A stretch of DNA of 64,000 nucleotides from Podarcis pityusensis. Taxonomy: Eukaryota. The translations under genes and the position numbers were made by a program. The notes below the pieces were generated by a model. The model was given only the letters and a program-made list of their open reading frames with translations, was not told where the DNA came from and ran no database searches. The DNA is taken from the NCBI GenBank assembly GCA_964106645.2, contig OZ067045.1. The stretch is one strand, 5' to 3'. This document shows positions 22,789 through 35,510 of the stretch, piece after piece; the first letter of the stretch is position 1, and each line of letters begins with the position of its first letter.

Positions 22789-24063
22789 CTGAGATGCAGG
22801 GGAAAGCAGAGCAGTTAGCTGGCAAGGCAGGCACAGAGAACCTGCAGGAGCCAGCTTCAAAAACACTAGGGGCCAGGGGAGGGAGAGAGCATGCCCAACT
22901 CTCTGGTTCCTTGTCCTGCTCAATCATTTGCTGCCAATGGCGATGGGACTGTGGTGACCCTGGTGTGGCAAGGGGTGCCTTGAGCGGCGGGAGGCCCACA
23001 GCCAGAACTCTAGAGCAGGAAGAGGAGGGCCCCAAACCTGCTGGGGCCCACCTAGATGACACACGTCTGCCCAGGCACACAAATTTAAGGAAGTCCCTCC
23101 TCCATGTTTCATTACTCAAGGCTGCTGAGCTTTTTTAGCAGTGGGAGGGAAGAGAGCGAGAGACAGGCTCTGAAGTCCGATCACTGATCTTCCGCTTTTC
23201 CCAGGCCGTTCTGCTGTGTTCTGGAGCCCTCTGCTGGCAAAACCGAAACATGTCAACCAGAATGATAGCGGCACATGTTGTGATCAGTGTCTCCATTGGA
23301 AGTAGCTATAGCCCATATATGTTTACAAATCCCTGCTTTGATATCCTAATTGGCCTAGCTTTCATGGTACCCCTATTTGTGGGAACTGGGATTTGGGCTC
23401 AGAGCCTAGAAGAGGAACCTGTAATGTTCTGGGTGCCTACCACCTGCACCACTGATCAGTTGGCTGACATAAACTGCCTTAGTGTATAAACAATGTATGC
23501 GCTTTAGGCTGGGTGCAGACAGTCCATCGTAGGACAAGCCACCTCCTTGCTGTGGAGGCTACTTGCTATAGCGTCCATCCTACATCTGCAAGGGCAAGGG
23601 GAAATGACAGGCTGCTTCTCGCTGTAGGTCTATTTCTCTTCTTTAATAAGGCATTAGAACTGATCTTCCCTGGCACTTCCGCAAATCTTGAACTCCTAGA
23701 GCCCTCCTCTGGCTCTACGGCCTGGGTGCAGGTCAACAAACAAACATAGTGTGATCATTCTGAACTACTAGTCCCTTGGAGGGGCAAGGCCCAGGGGCTT
23801 GAGGAGCTCACAGTGGGCATCGTGCTGAGAAGTGGGACTAGGCAAGGGGGCCCAGGCATACCAACCCTTACATGCGGCTCAGTCCAGTGGCTTTCCATGA
23901 AGTCTATCGGCAAGCACCAGCAGCAAAATGCAAGACCAGAGGCAGGAGGAGCCGCTCCCTAGAGCAACCTTCCCCAACCTGGTCTGATGACTGCTGCTGT
24001 CCAGGGCAGCCAGAGCGCACCAGTCTGTGGAAAGCAGCCCCAGAACTCAGGCTGCCAACTCAC

Positions 24064-24180
24064 TTGATTTTCAGAGAGACTCCCTGGGGTACGCCAACAC
24101 TGACGGTGGCTCCAAGGACACTGTGCCGGGAGATTTTCCGCTCCGCCCCATATTCCACGATGGTCCCAAAGAAACCAGCT
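24064..24180 (-). CDS. DNAJC11: DNAJC11 exon 10
   Basis: [38 protein letters not shown]; 117 nt. Confidence 0.96.
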
Positions 24181-24524
24181 CTGAAACAAAAGCATTTGGG
24201 AACAGTAAGCAGAGGGACAGGCTCTGCCTCTCAGGATTACCATGTCTCATCTTCTGCATACCTCGCCAACTCACCCCCTTGCCTGATGCGTCTCCCTTCC
24301 CCTCCAGAAAGGAAGAGGCACTGAGGCAGCACCTGGCATGCCTGCTACATCTGGTTTCCAGATGGTGAGCACTGCAGCTGCAGAAAGATGCCAACCTCTT
24401 GCCCATGAATCCTTAAAGCAACCACTGCAAGAGGTTGACTCCCTTTCACAAACCCCTATGCCGAAAGCTGCCTCCTGCCTGCTAGTTATACCTGCCAGGG
24501 GCAACCCTCTGCGCTGGGACTTAC

Positions 24525-24610
24525 TTGAGAGATCCTTTCACTCGCGTCTGATCCTCGTCCTGAAACTTGTGCTGGTAACTGACCATCATGAAGGAGTGAG
24601 GGATGCCCAG
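24525..24610 (-). CDS. DNAJC11: DNAJC11 exon 9
   Basis: [28 protein letters not shown]; 86 nt. Confidence 0.96.
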
Positions 24611-25158
24611 CTGTGGCATGAGAGAAACGGGAAGGTCAGCCAACCCTCTTCCTTCCTTCGCTTCCGTCTCCCTTGCTTTCACCCACATATGCCAACACAC
24701 TTCCTGTCCCTTGCCTACTGGCAGTAGATCCCAGGCGGACGAAAGGGAGTCACTTCTCCATACTATGCCTAATTCATTCATGCAACTCACTGTCAAGAGA
24801 CGCAGTCGTGGTTTAGGTAACTTTATAGGCAGACTGGTCCATTTCATGCAGTAGGGTAGGGTTGTTCACAATAGCTATACATGGCCATGTTCAGAGACCA
24901 CGCTGTGAAGCAAGGCTCAGGTATAAACAGTTGGGTGGCCCACACAGATTCCTCGGGAGTGGATGAAGCCTCATCCTCCTCTTAACCCCCAGAGTCACAG
25001 GCCAGCCAGCAGATCCCAAGAGGTGACTTATCAATTCAAGTCGCTCCACTTCAACTCAAAAGACTCCCTGAGTTGCCAGCACAGGTCTCCCCCACCCTCA
25101 AAGAGCAGACAGTCATTGCAAAGAACAGTTGGAGCCAAAGGAAGGAGGGCCGCCCAAC

Positions 25159-25348
25159 CTGAAACGCCATCGTGAAGTGGCTGGTTTTGGTGTCCCGGAC
25201 GATGCTCGTATTCATTGCCGACTGAATGCCCCAGCGCCACTGCAAGTAGCCCATGGTGTTCTTGTCCAGGTTCCTTGCCAGAACGGTCGTAAGGCCCGGG
25301 CGGATCCCTCGGGAGGAGAACTGCAGTGCACAGTTTGTCGTGACAAAG
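25159..25348 (-). CDS. DNAJC11: DNAJC11 exon 8
   Basis: [63 protein letters not shown]; 190 nt, GTTGGG donor. Confidence 0.96.
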
Positions 25349-26145
25349 CTGCAAACAAGGGGATGGCAGGAAGAGGCTTAGAAGGAAAATCCTCTCAGTG
25401 AAACTGAAAGGTTTTCCCTCTCCTGTTTAGGCAACTGCTGCTCACGAGGAGCTTCTCTCCCCAGCTACACCCTGCTCCCTAGCTACAGCCACATCCATTC
25501 CCTTTTTAAGGCCAGGAGAGCTTGAGGTGTGCAGCAGACAAGTTCTCCCAGCTTCAATTAGAGCCTCCGACTTACAGATGGACATGCACGCCTCCTCCTC
25601 CTCCAGCAACATCTCTTGGGAGTTGGAAAAGGAGAAGAGGAGGATTATCAGCTTGGGATTCTGGAAGCTGCTCAAAGCTCCGTCATGCTCTGATGTGTAC
25701 ATAGATCCCCACACACCAAACCAAGCTGCCCTGTTCTCTTCAGGGGCAAAACGCCAGCCTACAGCACACTCTCTGCCTCTGCTCTCTAGGAAATGTGCTG
25801 GGCCTGAAGAATGGAGTCAGCTGCATGCTATGCCAATGACAAATTGACACAGGGGCCAGCTCAAGGGTCTCGGTTGGCTCTGCCAGAGTCAACCCACAGG
25901 GCGACTGGGCCCTATCCATTCCAACTGCTGCATGCCCACACAACAGATGCCAGGAATGAAACAGGAACGAGCAGCAGTTACTGGCCCCCGTGTTGCAGTT
26001 CACTATTGCACTGGCCTTACTTCTGCTAGCCCAGGCATGTACCGTCATCTCTGCTGACACTTGTAGATCTAGGAAATGCGTGGAGTCAGTTATTAGCTGG
26101 CCACTGGTTTGTGGCAGAGCACAGGTGTTGCAGGCCAGTCCCTGG

Positions 26146-26885
26146 TGTTATAAGAATTCTAAGGTCTCAGATATAGAATAAATGTTCATAAATGTACAAG
26201 GCAAACACGCATACTTAAGTATATAAACCGTGTGTCTGAAATAGTACAGAAGAGCAATCCTGAAGCCATTTTGACTCTCCCAATTGACCTCAAATATTTC
26301 TCTGCAAGAAGGAAGGAAATGGGAAAAGCTTTCCAATTGTCTTTGGACTGTAGGGGCTTACACCTCCCTGAAAATACAGTCTGGCAAGTATCTGTTAGGC
26401 TGAGCAAACTATATTTGTAAGAAATTCAGGATTCAATATTTGTAAGAGATAAAGGAACTAAAGTATTTACCATCTCAAAGGAATGGCCAGGCTACTCAGA
26501 AAATGCAATCAAGTAAGGCATTATCAGGTATCCTGGCAGACAGGAGTGAAGCAACACACTCAAATTTCTGCTGGAGACTGCCTCCTTCTGTGATGTATGT
26601 ATGATGTTTAGGAGGGTGGTCTTGGGCTTTCAAGAGGCTTTGAGAAGTCTTTACAGGGGCTTGTACACCATTGTTTAGGGTTCTCCTCCCTCCTGCATGT
26701 GGTGAGTGGGGACCTTGTTGTAACAGTTTATTTCCTTTAATAAAGATCAGGCTTACTAGCCGACTTTGCTTTCAATATACTCTGGTTGGCCTCTGCTTTC
26801 TCTCTGACCAATAGAGATCTCCTGAGGGACTCTCTATGGGCTCTAGATGCCCCATAAGGGAATTAAGAGGTATTTTCTTATAACA
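26146..26885 (+). mobile_element. Probable solo LTR (~740 bp)
   Basis: Perfect 11-bp terminal inverted repeat TGTTATAAGAA...TTCTTATAACA; AATAAA near 26739. TSD not clean; appears to interrupt an old Squam3-like SINE. Confidence 0.7.
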
Positions 26886-27865
26886 GGGGCAGCTCCAGGC
26901 CAAAGACCCCAGACAGCTGCTGCCCATCAATGATGACAGCACTGGGCAGCTTTGGATCAGTGCGATAGCTGGGCCTGCCCTTGCTGCCCACTAGGAACTG
27001 AACTGGAAGCTGTCAAAAGCGGCAACTTTTCCAATATTTCCTTTTGGAAAGATTTGAGCTAAGGTAGAAGCAAAGGCCATCTTCTGGCCACAGAGGGATA
27101 TTGCACCCCAGTAAAGAAGAGGCTCTTGACAATGGACAAGCAGGATTCAAGGGCAAGCACACTCTCCCCTCCCGCCGTTTCCAGCAACTGGCATTCAGAA
27201 GCATTTATTGTCTCCAACCGTGGAGGCAGAGCAGAGCCATCGAACCAAGTTTAGTCCTAACCTGCAACCCACTTTGAGTATTTTAAACTTCCTGTGTAAG
27301 CTTTTCTCTTTCCCATACTACACTTTTTGCATTTCCCCCTCTCTCACCTCTAACAAACAAAATGACAACTGGAGGGTCAAGGAAAATCCAGCCGGAACAG
27401 AAATACAGAGGAATACATGTGGGCAAGAAATTCAGGGATCCCTCTCTTTGGTAGATGGTGCTAACTCCCTGGGGCTGCCAGAGTAGAACCCTTACACCTG
27501 GCAGAGGAAATGGGGCTGGGGCTGGGTGACCCCTGCTGTCTCTCCCAAGTTCAATTTGTGCTTGGGGAGAGTCCATGCAGCTGGGGGGTGGGGGAGGTTT
27601 CCCTACTAATATCGACTTGTCCTTTTGAGAAAGAGAGAATGAAAGAAGAGGGAGAGACACTTGATCCTCTTTCCTGCCCTTTCCAAACTGTAGGGCCTAC
27701 GAGAGGCAGCTGTCTGTCTCACTGGAAGGCCAGGGACACTTTGCAGGCACCTGCTCCTGTTTCAAGACTATACTTTGCCACATCGGCTGAAAAGCACTTT
27801 CATATGGAGATGCTAGATGGACCTTGGATCCACCATGGGCCTCTTTCATAAGAAAGAACTTAATA

Positions 27866-28075
27866 CAGTGGTACCTCGGGTTACAGACTCTGCTAACCCA
27901 GAAATAGTACCTCGGGTTAAGAACTTTGCTTCAGGATGAGAACAGAAATCGCGCAGCAGCGGAGCAGCGGCAGTGGGAGGCCCCATTAGCTAAAGCGGTG
28001 CTTCAGGTTAAGAACAGTTTCAGGTTAAGAATGGACCTCCAGAAAGAATTAAGTTCTTAACCCGAGGTACCACTG
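27866..28075. mobile_element. Tc1-mariner/pogo (Tigger-like) MITE
   Basis: TA TSD; 18-bp TIR CAGTGGTACCTCGGGTTA / TAACCCGAGGTACCACTG. Confidence 0.9.
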
Positions 28076-28515
28076 TACAGCAAACGATTCTACATCTCTG
28101 AATCCATAGGTTTGGCATGGTGACATTATTTACATTTCAGCCTGCCATGTATTTTCTGAGAGACACCAGGGCCCTGAAAGAAAAGGTAACCATAAGATGG
28201 AAAACTGGCTTCCTACTGGTTTCAGACTCTGAATGGCACTGTGGGTGGTTAATATCAGTGCCACTGTGTATGTTGGCTGGTTGCCTATAGATGCAAGAGA
28301 CACATAGAGATAGTGATGAAGAACTGGTTGCATATTCTGTTTTTTAAGGTTTGATGTTCTGTTGTATTTTTATATATGCTGTAAGCTGCCCCAAGTGGCT
28401 GGGAAAACACAGCCAGATGGGTGGGATATAAATAAGATAAAAACAATAACATCACAAATCAGTCCTGTTCCTTCTAGGAGTGGGAGGTTGTCCTCCACCC
28501 CTTTCTAAGTCTTAC

Positions 28516-28589
28516 CATCTTTGTGTAAGATTCCGAAACACCTTCAGGCCAAACAAAGGCCCCTGGAGGTCTCCAGCTCCGAACTCTAT
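28516..28589 (-). CDS. DNAJC11: DNAJC11 exon 7
   Basis: [24 protein letters not shown]; 74 nt. Confidence 0.95.
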
Positions 28590-29068
28590 CTGCACAAAAA
28601 GAAGACGGACAAGTGTTAGGAAGCAAGAGCTACAGAGGTGAGATCAGCGTGACTCAGTTAAGCTCTGAGGTTGGTCAGAGAGCTCAATGTCGTGAGCTGC
28701 CCACAGCCCTTCACTGGTACAAGCTGCCTTTAACTATTCCTCTATGGCAGCTACTCGGATGCATGGATAGGCACTGGAGTGCATGGCCAGGGAGAGGAGG
28801 CAGGTGGTGCTTCCTCTCCTGGAACACGGCAGTGCTCCCAGCAGGAAATTAACTGTGCAAGTCTACATGGTAGCCTAGTCCAGCACAGTGACATCACTCA
28901 ACTTCGAGAAAGTGGGAAAAAAAGGAAGCTCTGGGTGCCCTAAAACAGGAAAATCACTGACCTCCCACCAACAAGGAAGGCAAAGAAAGAGGTGCAGCAG
29001 CAGCCGCCCGGAAGGCTCAAAACACAGCAAGAAACAGGGTGAAAACTGGGAGAAACGAGTCCTCTTAC

Positions 29069-29191
29069 CTCTCCCCAGCCTTTGGCAGACGTCACACGCC
29101 TCAGAGCCAAGTTCACAGAGCCGCCTCCATTCCCGTTCTGCGTTGAGAGGTTTCCCGACAATATCGCAGTGTCTGTGGCCGTCAGTGGAGC
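29069..29191 (-). CDS. DNAJC11: DNAJC11 exon 6
   Basis: [41 protein letters not shown]; 123 nt. Confidence 0.96.
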
Positions 29192-29211
29192 CTGCAAGAG
29201 AAAGGCAGCTG

Positions 29212-29357
29212 CAGTGGCGTAGCGTGGGTTGTCAGCACCCGGGGCAAGGCAAGTAATTTGCACCCCCTAACCCGTGGATTTGCGCCCCCTAACCTAACCC
29301 CCAGATGTTGCGCCCGGTGCGGCCGGCCCCCCCTGCACCCCCCACGCTACGCCACTG
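29212..29357. mobile_element. hAT MITE, same family as 21258-21404
   Basis: Same 17-bp TIR; perfect 8-bp TSD GGCAGCTG (29204-29211 and 29358-29365). Confidence 0.92.
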
Positions 29358-30196
29358 GGCAGCTGTCTTGTTGCAGCTCATAGGAGTCCTGCACAATCTA
29401 CAGCAAGCCTGACTCTCAGTGGCAGGTGTCACCAAAAGCAGACCCACCTGGATGGCACCCCTTTACAGTCTCCCATATAAATGAATACTTAAGATGCTGT
29501 CTCAACATCAGGTGGCCTCACCTGAGTGGGTACAGGGAGAGAGTAACATAACTCTGTGTGCACTGATGCTCTCTGCACACAGGAGACAAGTTCATGGAGG
29601 GGAAAGCTACTGATGGCAAGCCATGACAGCTGTGCTCCGCCTCCACACTTAAGAGGCAGCAATGCTTCTGAATACCAGTTGTTGGAAACCACAGGACAGG
29701 AGAATGTTCTTGCCCTTGGTTCCTGCTTGCAGGTTCCCTGCAGGCATTTGGTTGGCCACAGTGAGAAATACACTCTATGCCCCAACACTGTGTGGCCTCA
29801 TCTACGTGGGTAGAATGTGTGCTGCACGGATGCTCTCTGCATGTAGGAGGGGTGGACATACATGCCCAAGACGTGGAATCAGATTAACCGGTGAATTTGA
29901 GGGCAATCATCTGCTGCAGATACACACTTAGACAAGACTCGAGGTGTGATGATTCAACCAAACCACTGAGTAAGTCCACTGTATGCTTTCTTTACACTCA
30001 GCCTCCTGGCATTTGACCCCTCTCAGAAGCTGCACTGTTGACTAGTTTTATGAATGCCCCTCCGCCGCTTGCTGTCCTTGGCGTGTCCCGGAATGCTCCA
30101 TCATATTGCAGCTCAACTAACAGTGGGCAGGGGATGCTGACCAAGTGTGCAGAAGAAGCAGAGAAGAGTCTTTGGGCTTCCCCACTACTACTAACA

Positions 30197-30578
30197 GCGG
30201 GACACAGGTGGCGCTGTGGTCTAAACCACTGAGCCTCTTGGGCTTGCCGTTCAGAAGGTCGGCGATTCGAAACCGTGCGATGGGGTGAGCTCCCGTTGCT
30301 CTGTCCCAGCTTCTGTCAACCTAGCTGTTCAAAAGCAATACCAGTGCAAGTAGATAAATAGGTACTGCTGCGGCGGAAAGGTAAACAGCGTTTCTGTGCG
30401 CTTTGGTTTCCGTCACGGTGTTCTGTTGCGCCCGAAGCAGTTTAGTCAGCTGGCCACGAAAGCTGTCTGTGGACAAACATTGGCTCCCTCAGCCTGAAAT
30501 GTGAGATAAGCGCCACACCCCATAGTCACCTTTGACTGGACTTAACCATCCAGGGGTCCTTTACCATACCTTTTTTTT
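30197..30578 (+). mobile_element. Sauria SINE (Squam1), full length
   Basis: GGGACACAGGTGGCGCTGTGGTCTAAACCACTGAGCCTC head, GTGCAAGTAGATAAATAGGTAC core, ACCTTT-type tail; 13-bp TSD ACTACTACTAACA (30184-30196 and 30579-30591). Confidence 0.9.
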
Positions 30579-30869
30579 ACTACTACTAACACCCTCTGCC
30601 TGGGAAACAGCTTTTGAGCAACACACGCAGAGCCTGTGAAGTCTCTCTGCTTCCAGAGATGGGAGGTGTGTGGCATACAAATGGGGTGCCCGAGCACAGC
30701 ACTTGAGCGCATGAGAGACTCTGACAGCACATGGGCTCAGCCGCAAGTGAACCTTCCCTTCCCCACTTCCTCCAGTGCCATTTCGAAACAGATAATTGCA
30801 TCCCTGAGCCAGATTTCATTTCCCGTTGCTCTGTGCTGAGGTGCCTCATTAACAGAGAAACCCTTTTTA

Positions 30870-30872
<3 letters not shown>

Positions 30873-30906
<34 letters not shown>

Positions 30907-30932
30907 ACACACACACACACACACACACACAC
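30873..30932. repeat. Compound (TC)n(CA)n microsatellite
   Basis: Directly visible; abuts the DNAJC11 exon 5 donor. Confidence 0.95.
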
Positions 30933-30941
30933 GTACTTTAC

Positions 30942-31070
30942 CTCAATGGACTGCGATATGTGCATTTTGTTAATTTCAACATGGGGAAAGCTGCTCCCTG
31001 GCACTTCTTCGTACTCCTCATCGTACCGATCAAAGAGGTCAGTGGCGTCTATTCCAACGCTAATTGTCCC
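30942..31070 (-). CDS. DNAJC11: DNAJC11 exon 5
   Basis: [43 protein letters not shown]; 129 nt. Confidence 0.96.
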
Positions 31071-31232
31071 CTGGAGAAACAAAGAAACAAGCCCTTGGTG
31101 TTAAATGGCATTGTGCTCAGCTGTTTCAGTGCCTTGCTCTCTTCGGCGCCCAGTCTTCTTCTGCCTGGAACAGCAAGAAAAACCTTTGCTCTGCCATTTC
31201 CTTCGCAAGCCCTTCTGAAAACCCACTCCCCT

Positions 31233-31460
31233 AGAAGAGGAAGAAGGGTTTGGATTTGATATCCCGCTTTATCACTACCCTAAGAAGTCTCAAAGCGGCT
31301 AACAATCTCCTTTCCCTTCCTCCCCCACAACAAACACTCTGTGAGGTGAGTGAGGCTGAGAGACTTCAGAGAAGTGTAACTAGCCGAAGGTCACCCAGCA
31401 GCTGCATGTGGAGGAGCGGGGAATCAAACCCGGTTCACCAGATTACAAGTCCATTGCTCC
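31233..31460 (-). mobile_element. Squam2-like SINE, slightly 5'-truncated
   Basis: Same body as 20295-20552. Confidence 0.85.
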
Positions 31461-32639
31461 TATCTTTGGCTTAACCTCCCAATGCTCACTCACAGCTGCA
31501 GTGCCTTACATTCATCCCTATCCCTTGTTGGGGAAAACCTTAGTTCGTTACCAGAGACTTTAACGCTGAAAGACATGGGCCAGTTTTAAGCACCTTCAAA
31601 TGGTCATCCCTGCATTTGTTCACCCCATGTAAGGGAAGCCTGCTTGATCAGGCTGGTGGCCCAACCAAGTCCAGCATCCTGTTGTCACAGTGGCCAATCA
31701 GATGCCCCTATGAGAAACCCTGTCTCCTCCTGTGGCTTCCAGCAACTGGCATTCAGAAACATTACTGCTTCCAGATGTGGAGGTACGGCATAGCCGCCAC
31801 AGCCAGTTGCCACTGATAGCCTTAAGTATTCGTCCAACCCTCTTTCCAAGGCATCCCAGCTAGTGGCTGTTATTGACTCCTGTGGCAGTGAGTTCCGTAG
31901 TCTAACTATGTGCCCACCCCTATCTTCTCTGCCAAATTCAGCCTGTAAACTCCAAGCAAGAAAGTCTTGCCTCCTTGCTCTAGAACTGATGGCTCTATAC
32001 TGCATAGGAAAGTGCAAATGTTGTTCACTATTATGAATGCACAAGCTGCATGTTCTTGTACCACCATCTATTTCAGAGAGTGGCCTGTGCAGATTAAGAG
32101 ACAAACCCTGTTCCTCCATCCCATTTTTAAACATCTCAGAAAGACCTGCTCACTTAGATATCTAGGGGGAATCCAGAAAAGCTCAGAGATGGCTGATTTG
32201 TGCAGCTGCACCCCTAATGCTGGCGGGCAATCAAAGCGTCAATTAGGACCTCAGGATGTAGGCAAGGCCTGTATAAAATTAAACCCTGCACATGGCACCA
32301 CTGTCAGAATGCGCGCAAGGGAAGACTGATTTGCATCTGACCCTCGAGAGACCAAAAATAAAACAAAATCCGCCTTAAGGCTCTTCCCCCCTACCATGCC
32401 AACCACCACCTGCAGAAATACTGCAGTACAAAATGGAAGATGTCAACAAGAGGCAAACAGAACCACTTGGAACAGGAAGGGCTGATCTTTATGATGGGTG
32501 GGTCTGTTCGCATGAGCTTGGGAGTCCATTTGGCTTTTCAGCCCTGAAAATCATTTTATGAAGTGATGCATTTTTACAGCTCTTAGTAAGCGCTGTGCAA
32601 AAAATGAAGACATAACAGTCTCCACTAGCAGGCCTACAA

Positions 32640-32775
32640 CAGGCTTCCTCAACCTCGGCCCTCCAGATGTTTTTGGCCTACAACTCCCATGATCCCTAGC
32701 TAGCAGGACCAGTGGTCAGGTATAATGGGAATGGTAGTCTCAAAACATCTGGAGGGCCGAGGTTGAGGAAGCCTG
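32640..32775. mobile_element. hAT MITE with perfect 34-bp TIR
   Basis: TIR CAGGCTTCCTCAACCTCGGCCCTCCAGATGTTTT; perfect 8-bp TSD GCCTACAA. Confidence 0.92.
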
Positions 32776-33049
32776 GCCTACAATCTAAGAGACACAGTGC
32801 AAAACTGAAAGAGGGGCAGGAGAAGGAAGACAAGGCTAGGGGGGAGCAATGAGGCAACCGAGTTTTACTGGTGGTACCAAATTGTTCTGGGACAGAAGGG
32901 GAGCCTGTGTTAATGGCACCTCCAATCCAACCAGCCACTGTACAGAAAGGGTAGTAGGACCCTATCAAAGCATTTTTGCAGTTTCAAGTCCAGACCTGAC
33001 CAAAGCTATCTAAAGACATCAGGGACATCTGTCTCAGAACCTTAACACC

Positions 33050-33465
33050 TTAAGGTCTGCCTCTCCCATACAAACCGACCCAGACCCTGCGCTTGGTGCC
33101 CAAGGCCCTTCTCTATGTCCTCCCTCCCAGAAAGGTTCGGAAGGCTGCAACAAGAGAACTGGCCTTTTCTGTGGTGGCTCCCCATCTGTGGAATGTCCCC
33201 AGAGAGGCTCACTTGGCACCATCATTAAATGTCTTCAGGTGCCAGGCAAAAACATTCTTCTTTACCCTGGCCTTTGGCCATTAAATATTCTATGGCCTGT
33301 TAAAGGTGGGGGTGCTGCTACTACAGTTATTTTATTATCATGCTGTCTATTATTATGCTATTTATTATGTTTTCATTATTGTGCTCTGTAAAATGTGTTC
33401 TTAAATGTTGTTCACCACCCTGGGATCTTTTGACAAAAGGCGGTATATCAATTGAATAAATAATA
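33050..33465 (+). mobile_element. L2 LINE 3' fragment
   Basis: AFSVVAPHLWN motif of the L2 ORF2 C-terminus followed by a T-rich 3'UTR and AATAAATAA tail. Similar fragment at ~10620-10895. Confidence 0.7.
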
Positions 33466-35095
33466 ACTTTCCCCCACTGCTTAGGAATGTCCACCTCTAA
33501 CAGGGTGCTGTTTTGTGCTGGAAAAAAACCTAAGATGTGCCAACATTTTATTCACTACGTTGCTCCTTGGAAGTGTGCCAGAGTGGCGCTCCCAAATCCA
33601 TGCCTCTGAGAAGCAACTGAAGAGGAAAGGAGGAGCTAGGAGACCACTGAGCCCGAAACCTCCTCTTGGGTGCCAAAGACACTTGATGGGAGTTAAACAG
33701 ATGTTTGTTGGAGAGCAACTGATCTAGGGATAAGAGAGATCACTCTTTTTTAGCAGGTCTAGTGGCTTTCCCACTGTGCTCCTCTGTGGAGGAGAAAGAT
33801 GCCAGCCATCTCTTGATCGCACATCATAATCCTATGGGAGCACATAATCTCACAGCCGCATCCAGCTCCCCGAGAGTCTCAGCCTGGGTTTCACTTGCTG
33901 TTCTTTTTTAAACTAAGCAAGTATCCAAGTTAAACAAAGCTGTAAAGAAACACCAGAAGGAATAGATTGTGATGGTCAAATAGTTGGAGGCAATGGTGCT
34001 TTTCTGCCTTGTGTGGACTGCTCCCTGCCCCCTCCCCACAAGTGGCAAGCCAGAATAAATGATATGAGATAAGAGATGCTTATGCAAAAATAATTGAATT
34101 GAACGGAATTCAGCTCTCCTTGGCACCAGCCCCCAGCAAAACTGGCCAATTCTACCCAGAGTGACTTTGCGAGGGGTATGTGAGCCACTTTCCCCTTCAG
34201 CTGAAGATGCTCTGGTGATATTTAAATGGGGGAGGGAGAACCAAACCAGGAAGCACCCCACCCCAAACTCCAGTAATGAGCAAGCAGAAACGCTCTTGGC
34301 TGCTGATTGGGAATGAAGGCTGAAAGCTGCAGTCCCTGCAGAGGGAGAACACAAAGTGAGATGCCATAAATTAAGCCCTGGCGCTTGCCAAACGAGACAT
34401 GTTTTTCGCTGCCTCAGTCAGTCCTGTCCGCTATTCAGGCCACTATATACTCAGACGGCTGGCGGAGCTCAGATCCTGATTTGCTTCCCCCCACCCCCAG
34501 CCCGCTTGCTCAAGAAAGCTCCCCTATGGAGTGGGGTGTGTTTGTGTGTGTGTAAACCTGAGCCTTCAGAAAGTAATTCACTATAAACGCTTTATTTCTT
34601 GCCACAAAGGGAGGAAAGGGATAAAAGGAGAACTCAGAAATCTCTTCTGTGGTCGAGCAAATTCATCACTTTGAAAAGTCGCAGGACTGAGACCATCTTG
34701 TTGTTGATACTTTCACGCTCCTCTGGAAGCCCTTTTCTTGCAGGAACAGGGGCCGAAGAGCAAGGCAAAAAATGCTTCAAATAAATAAGTAACTTCACTC
34801 CACACTCATTTGCATGGATGGAAGCAAATTGCTTTAAAATTTGCAATCTACATGCTCCCCCTTCTCTCTGATTTTAATGAGTCTTAGTGGGCTATAGACA
34901 CCTCCGCAAGGTTGAGTCAACCTTACAACTTGCAAAAAAACCAAACAAACCCCAAACTACATTTCTTTGTGATCTTCAGCAGAAATTCCTCTCTCACCTT
35001 GTCCTTATCCAGCTAGGCTGGACCTTCCATTCACACCTGGTGCCTGTGGTGCAAATTATTCCAAATAAGAGACACAGGTTATTTTTTAAAAAGAG

Positions 35096-35510
35096 AACCA
35101 GTGTGGTGTAGTGGCTAGAGTGCTGGACTAGGACTTGGGAGACTGGGGTTCAAATCCCCATTCTGCCACGAAGCTTGCTCATTGACCCTGGGCTAACTCT
35201 CTCAGCCTAACCTACCTCATGGGGCTGTGTTGAGGATGAAATGAGGAGAGGGGGAATTGGGTACGCCACCTTGAACTTCCTTGGAGGAAAGATGGGATAT
35301 AAATGTAGTAATAATAATAATAATAATATCACAAATCAGTGTGGTATAGTGACTAGTGTGGAGTCCCAGGTTCAAAATCCCCATTCAGGCATGAAGCTCT
35401 CTGGGCGACCTTGGGCCATCTCTCAGCCTAACCTACCACAAAGGACTATTGTGAGGATAAAAAGCAGGTACTGTCCTTGGAGGAAACCTAAGATATAAGC
35501 ATAATAAATA
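35096..35510 (+). mobile_element. Two tandem MIR-like CORE SINEs
   Basis: Two CAGTGTGGT(G/A)TAGTG heads with GGTTCAAA B-box, TCTCAGCCTAACCTACC core and AAT-rich tails. Confidence 0.7.

Noticed and set aside
22209-23138. 309-aa plus-strand ORF antisense to DNAJC11 exon 11
   Set aside because: Non-ATG start, no domain, partly explained by the antisense frame of a GC-rich exon.
34634-34668. C box (TGATGA) and D box (CTGA) on the minus strand in DNAJC11 intron 4
   Set aside because: The boxes are only about 25 nt apart with no convincing terminal stem or recognisable rRNA guide; too short for a C/D snoRNA.
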